From positions 1 through 64,000 of the forward strand of contig JAUCBJ010009140.1 of NCBI GenBank assembly GCA_032718475.1: 64,000 bases of DNA, given 5' to 3'. This stretch comes from Nemertoderma westbladi (taxonomy: Eukaryota; Animalia; Xenacoelomorpha). Made by a program: the position numbers and the translations under genes. Position 1 is the first letter of the stretch, and every line of letters starts with the position of its first letter. The notes under the pieces are model-generated. The model was not told the origin of the DNA. It searched no databases and saw only the letters and a list, made by a program, of their open reading frames with translations. Below are positions 61,603 to 64,000 of the stretch, in pieces.

Positions 61603-61739
61603 TTCTTAACGAATTTTCTCATCGTCTCATAAGGAACACCATTTTTGGAACACGAGTGCTTCAAACTGGATCCCTTTAGGTAGTCGCTGAAAGTGGCTTC
61701 TACTTGTTTAGGAGTGTATTTGCGAGAAGAGAAATTCAA
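61603..61739 (-). pseudogene. Psq-type HTH fragment (pogo/Tigger-like transposase N-terminus)
   Basis: RKYTPKQVEATFSDYLKGSSLKHSCSKNGVPYETMR fits the pattern Y....A...G.S......GVP..TL. Confidence 0.5.
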
Positions 61740-62119
61740 ACGACCTAAATTGAAAATGGTTTAATAACAATTTATCAAAACAATTCAAATTGATAAAATT
61801 ATATAGACTTTAAAGAGCGTGGATTCTAGTGGGTAGTAGAAGGAAGCAGATCTCGGCTACCGGTATTACGTACAGGTACTGCGTCAATACAACTACCAAT
61901 ACGCTTGTGCAGGCAGAATAATGGCTACGCTCACAAGTAATTAAAAGCCAGATCATATCAAATCAAGAAGAAAAACATAAACGGGAATAAACATTATTTA
62001 GTAACATAAACCGCCCCCAAATTGGAAATCTTAAACTGAAACACTAGGCTCTTATTCAAGTATAGATAAGGAATTTAACGGAATATATAAAAGTAGAAGT
62101 AGACGTAGTAAAAGTAGAA

Positions 62120-63756
62120 TATAACAGAAGACAGAGAAGAAAGAAGAACCAACCTGTTGAAATGTAAAAAGACACTAAAGATTGCTACAATGAACGCATG
62201 CACGCTGAAAGCACTTACCAAACATAGTGACATGGTCGCTCTGGCAATGGAATATAACATCGACATCATCTGCATCCAAGAACATCGGATTTGTCATGAA
62301 GACACTGCCATGAAGTACAATGACATTGGAAATGGATGAACGCTAGTGACAAGTTCAGCAGTAAGAAACTCGGCCAATGCATCAATTGGTGGAGTAGGAA
62401 TTCTGCTAAGCCCATTTGCACTTAAGACCCTAAACAACATCGAATCTATAAATTCCAGGGTTATGATCGCAACATTTGATGGGAATCCCAAGGCAACAGT
62501 TATATGTTGCTACAGTCCAACCAATGCCTCAGAGCCAGAACAAGCAGTCAAGTTTTATGAAGATCTGACTATTCTATTCTATATAGGATTAGGCCTCACA
62601 TAGAGAAACTACTGCGTAAGAGCCAAAACGGATTTCGACCAAGTAGATCAACGATAGCTCAAATACTTGCACTACGGAGACTTATTGAAGGAATTAAGTC
62701 AAAGAATCTCCCCGCAGTCATGACTTTTGTGGACTTCAAGAAGGCATTCGACTCCATCCATAGAGGTAAAATGCTTGAAATCCTAAGAGCTTATGGAATA
62801 CCAGAAGTAATTGTTGCTGGCATTGGATTGTTATATTGTGACACAGAAGCGCAGGTACTCTCACCAGATGGTGAAACTGAGTTTTTTTTCTCAATCCTGG
62901 CTGGCGTACTGCAAGGTGACACATTAGCACCATTACTATTTGTAATTGTGCTGGATTACGCAATGAGGACGGCCACAAAGGGTGAAGATCTGGGATTCAC
63001 ACTTCAAGAACTCAGAAGTAGTAGATATCCGGCAACTACAGTCACAGACACCGACCGTACTGCCAGGTGACTGGGATTGCATACCAGGACCAGGATTGCA
63101 TATAAATGCTACCAAGACCGAATTCATGACCTTGTTGATGGAAACTTGACAACCATTGATAATAATCAACAAAGGAAGGTCGATGACTTCCAGTACCTTG
63201 GATCATGGATAGAGAGTAGCTAAAAGGACATAGAAGTTAGGAAAGCAAAGGCTTGGGTAGCTCTATCAAAAATGGATACCATCTGGAAATCAGATCTCTC
63301 CAGGCACCTGAAGACTAAGTTCTTTCGAGCCACAGTGGAAAGTGTATTTTTATACGGGGGTGAAACCCAGACACTGACTAAATCACTTGAACAACGAATT
63401 GATGGTTGCTACACAAGACTACTAAGGGCAGCCCTAAACATCAGCTGGAGACAACACATGACAAACGCCGAGCTTTATGGTACAATATCACCTGTATCAA
63501 CCACCCTCCGTGAACGCAGATTAAGATTCAGTGGGCACTGCTGGCGAAGTAAAGACGAGGTCATACCAGATCTACTTCTCTGGCAACCAACTCATGGAAA
63601 ACGTAGTCGTGGACGACCGGCCATAACATATATAGATCAACTTGAAAGGGATACTGAACTTGGGAGAAACGAAATTGCGACAACTATGGAGAATCGGGAA
63701 GCCTGGAAGGATCTCATTTCTACTTTCCCAGTTCACTCGACCTAGTAATAGTAGTA
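62120..63756 (+). mobile_element. Decayed, internally deleted RTE-clade non-LTR retrotransposon
   Basis: APE motifs (IATMN, ICIQEHR, GGVGILLS, CYSPT), RT motifs (QNGFR, FVDFKKAFDSI, GVLQGDTLAP), C-terminal RRLRFSGH..RGRP; stops and frameshifts; short TAG/TAA tail. Confidence 0.92.
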
Positions 63757-64000
63757 TATAAAAGTAAGTTCTTGTATATCAAACGGATTTTAGAAAATTA
63801 AATTTATATTTCGGTAAATTCAAAGTAGTTTTCAGTATTCGGTTTAATGAAGTTTTATAAACGTTTCCGTTTAATGTTCAGAATATTCTGATCGATTTAA
63901 GATATTCCTTTTGAATACCAGATTTTTCATTTTATTCAGAAAGAAAGCAATTCTGTGCTGTACCTATTGTACAAAAAACAACATATTGGCAACAACCAAC

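Overview
Repeat-rich eukaryotic DNA (probably an aquatic invertebrate) with no recognisable host gene. The centrepiece is a Polinton/Maverick (adintovirus-like endogenous virus) at about 16172-43110. It carries pPolB, integrase, packaging ATPase, adenain protease, major capsid, two tandem divergent minor capsid genes, a RING protein and a PC4-like protein. It also hides a TATA-binding-protein (TBP)-like gene that only appears once a 2-kb TIR element is removed. The Polinton is inserted into a GalEa-like Copia element and itself contains an intact young BEL/Pao retrotransposon with identical 256-bp LTRs. Also present: a gag-protease-only BEL/Pao-like element with asymmetric LTRs (561-8577), a hAT-type MITE, a 5.2-kb 90-bp satellite that seems to have grown out of one arm of an inverted repeat, a 7.7-kb two-unit (16/19 bp) minisatellite, a Psq-HTH fragment and a decayed RTE-type LINE. 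All protein calls are by-eye motif recognition; no database search was run.
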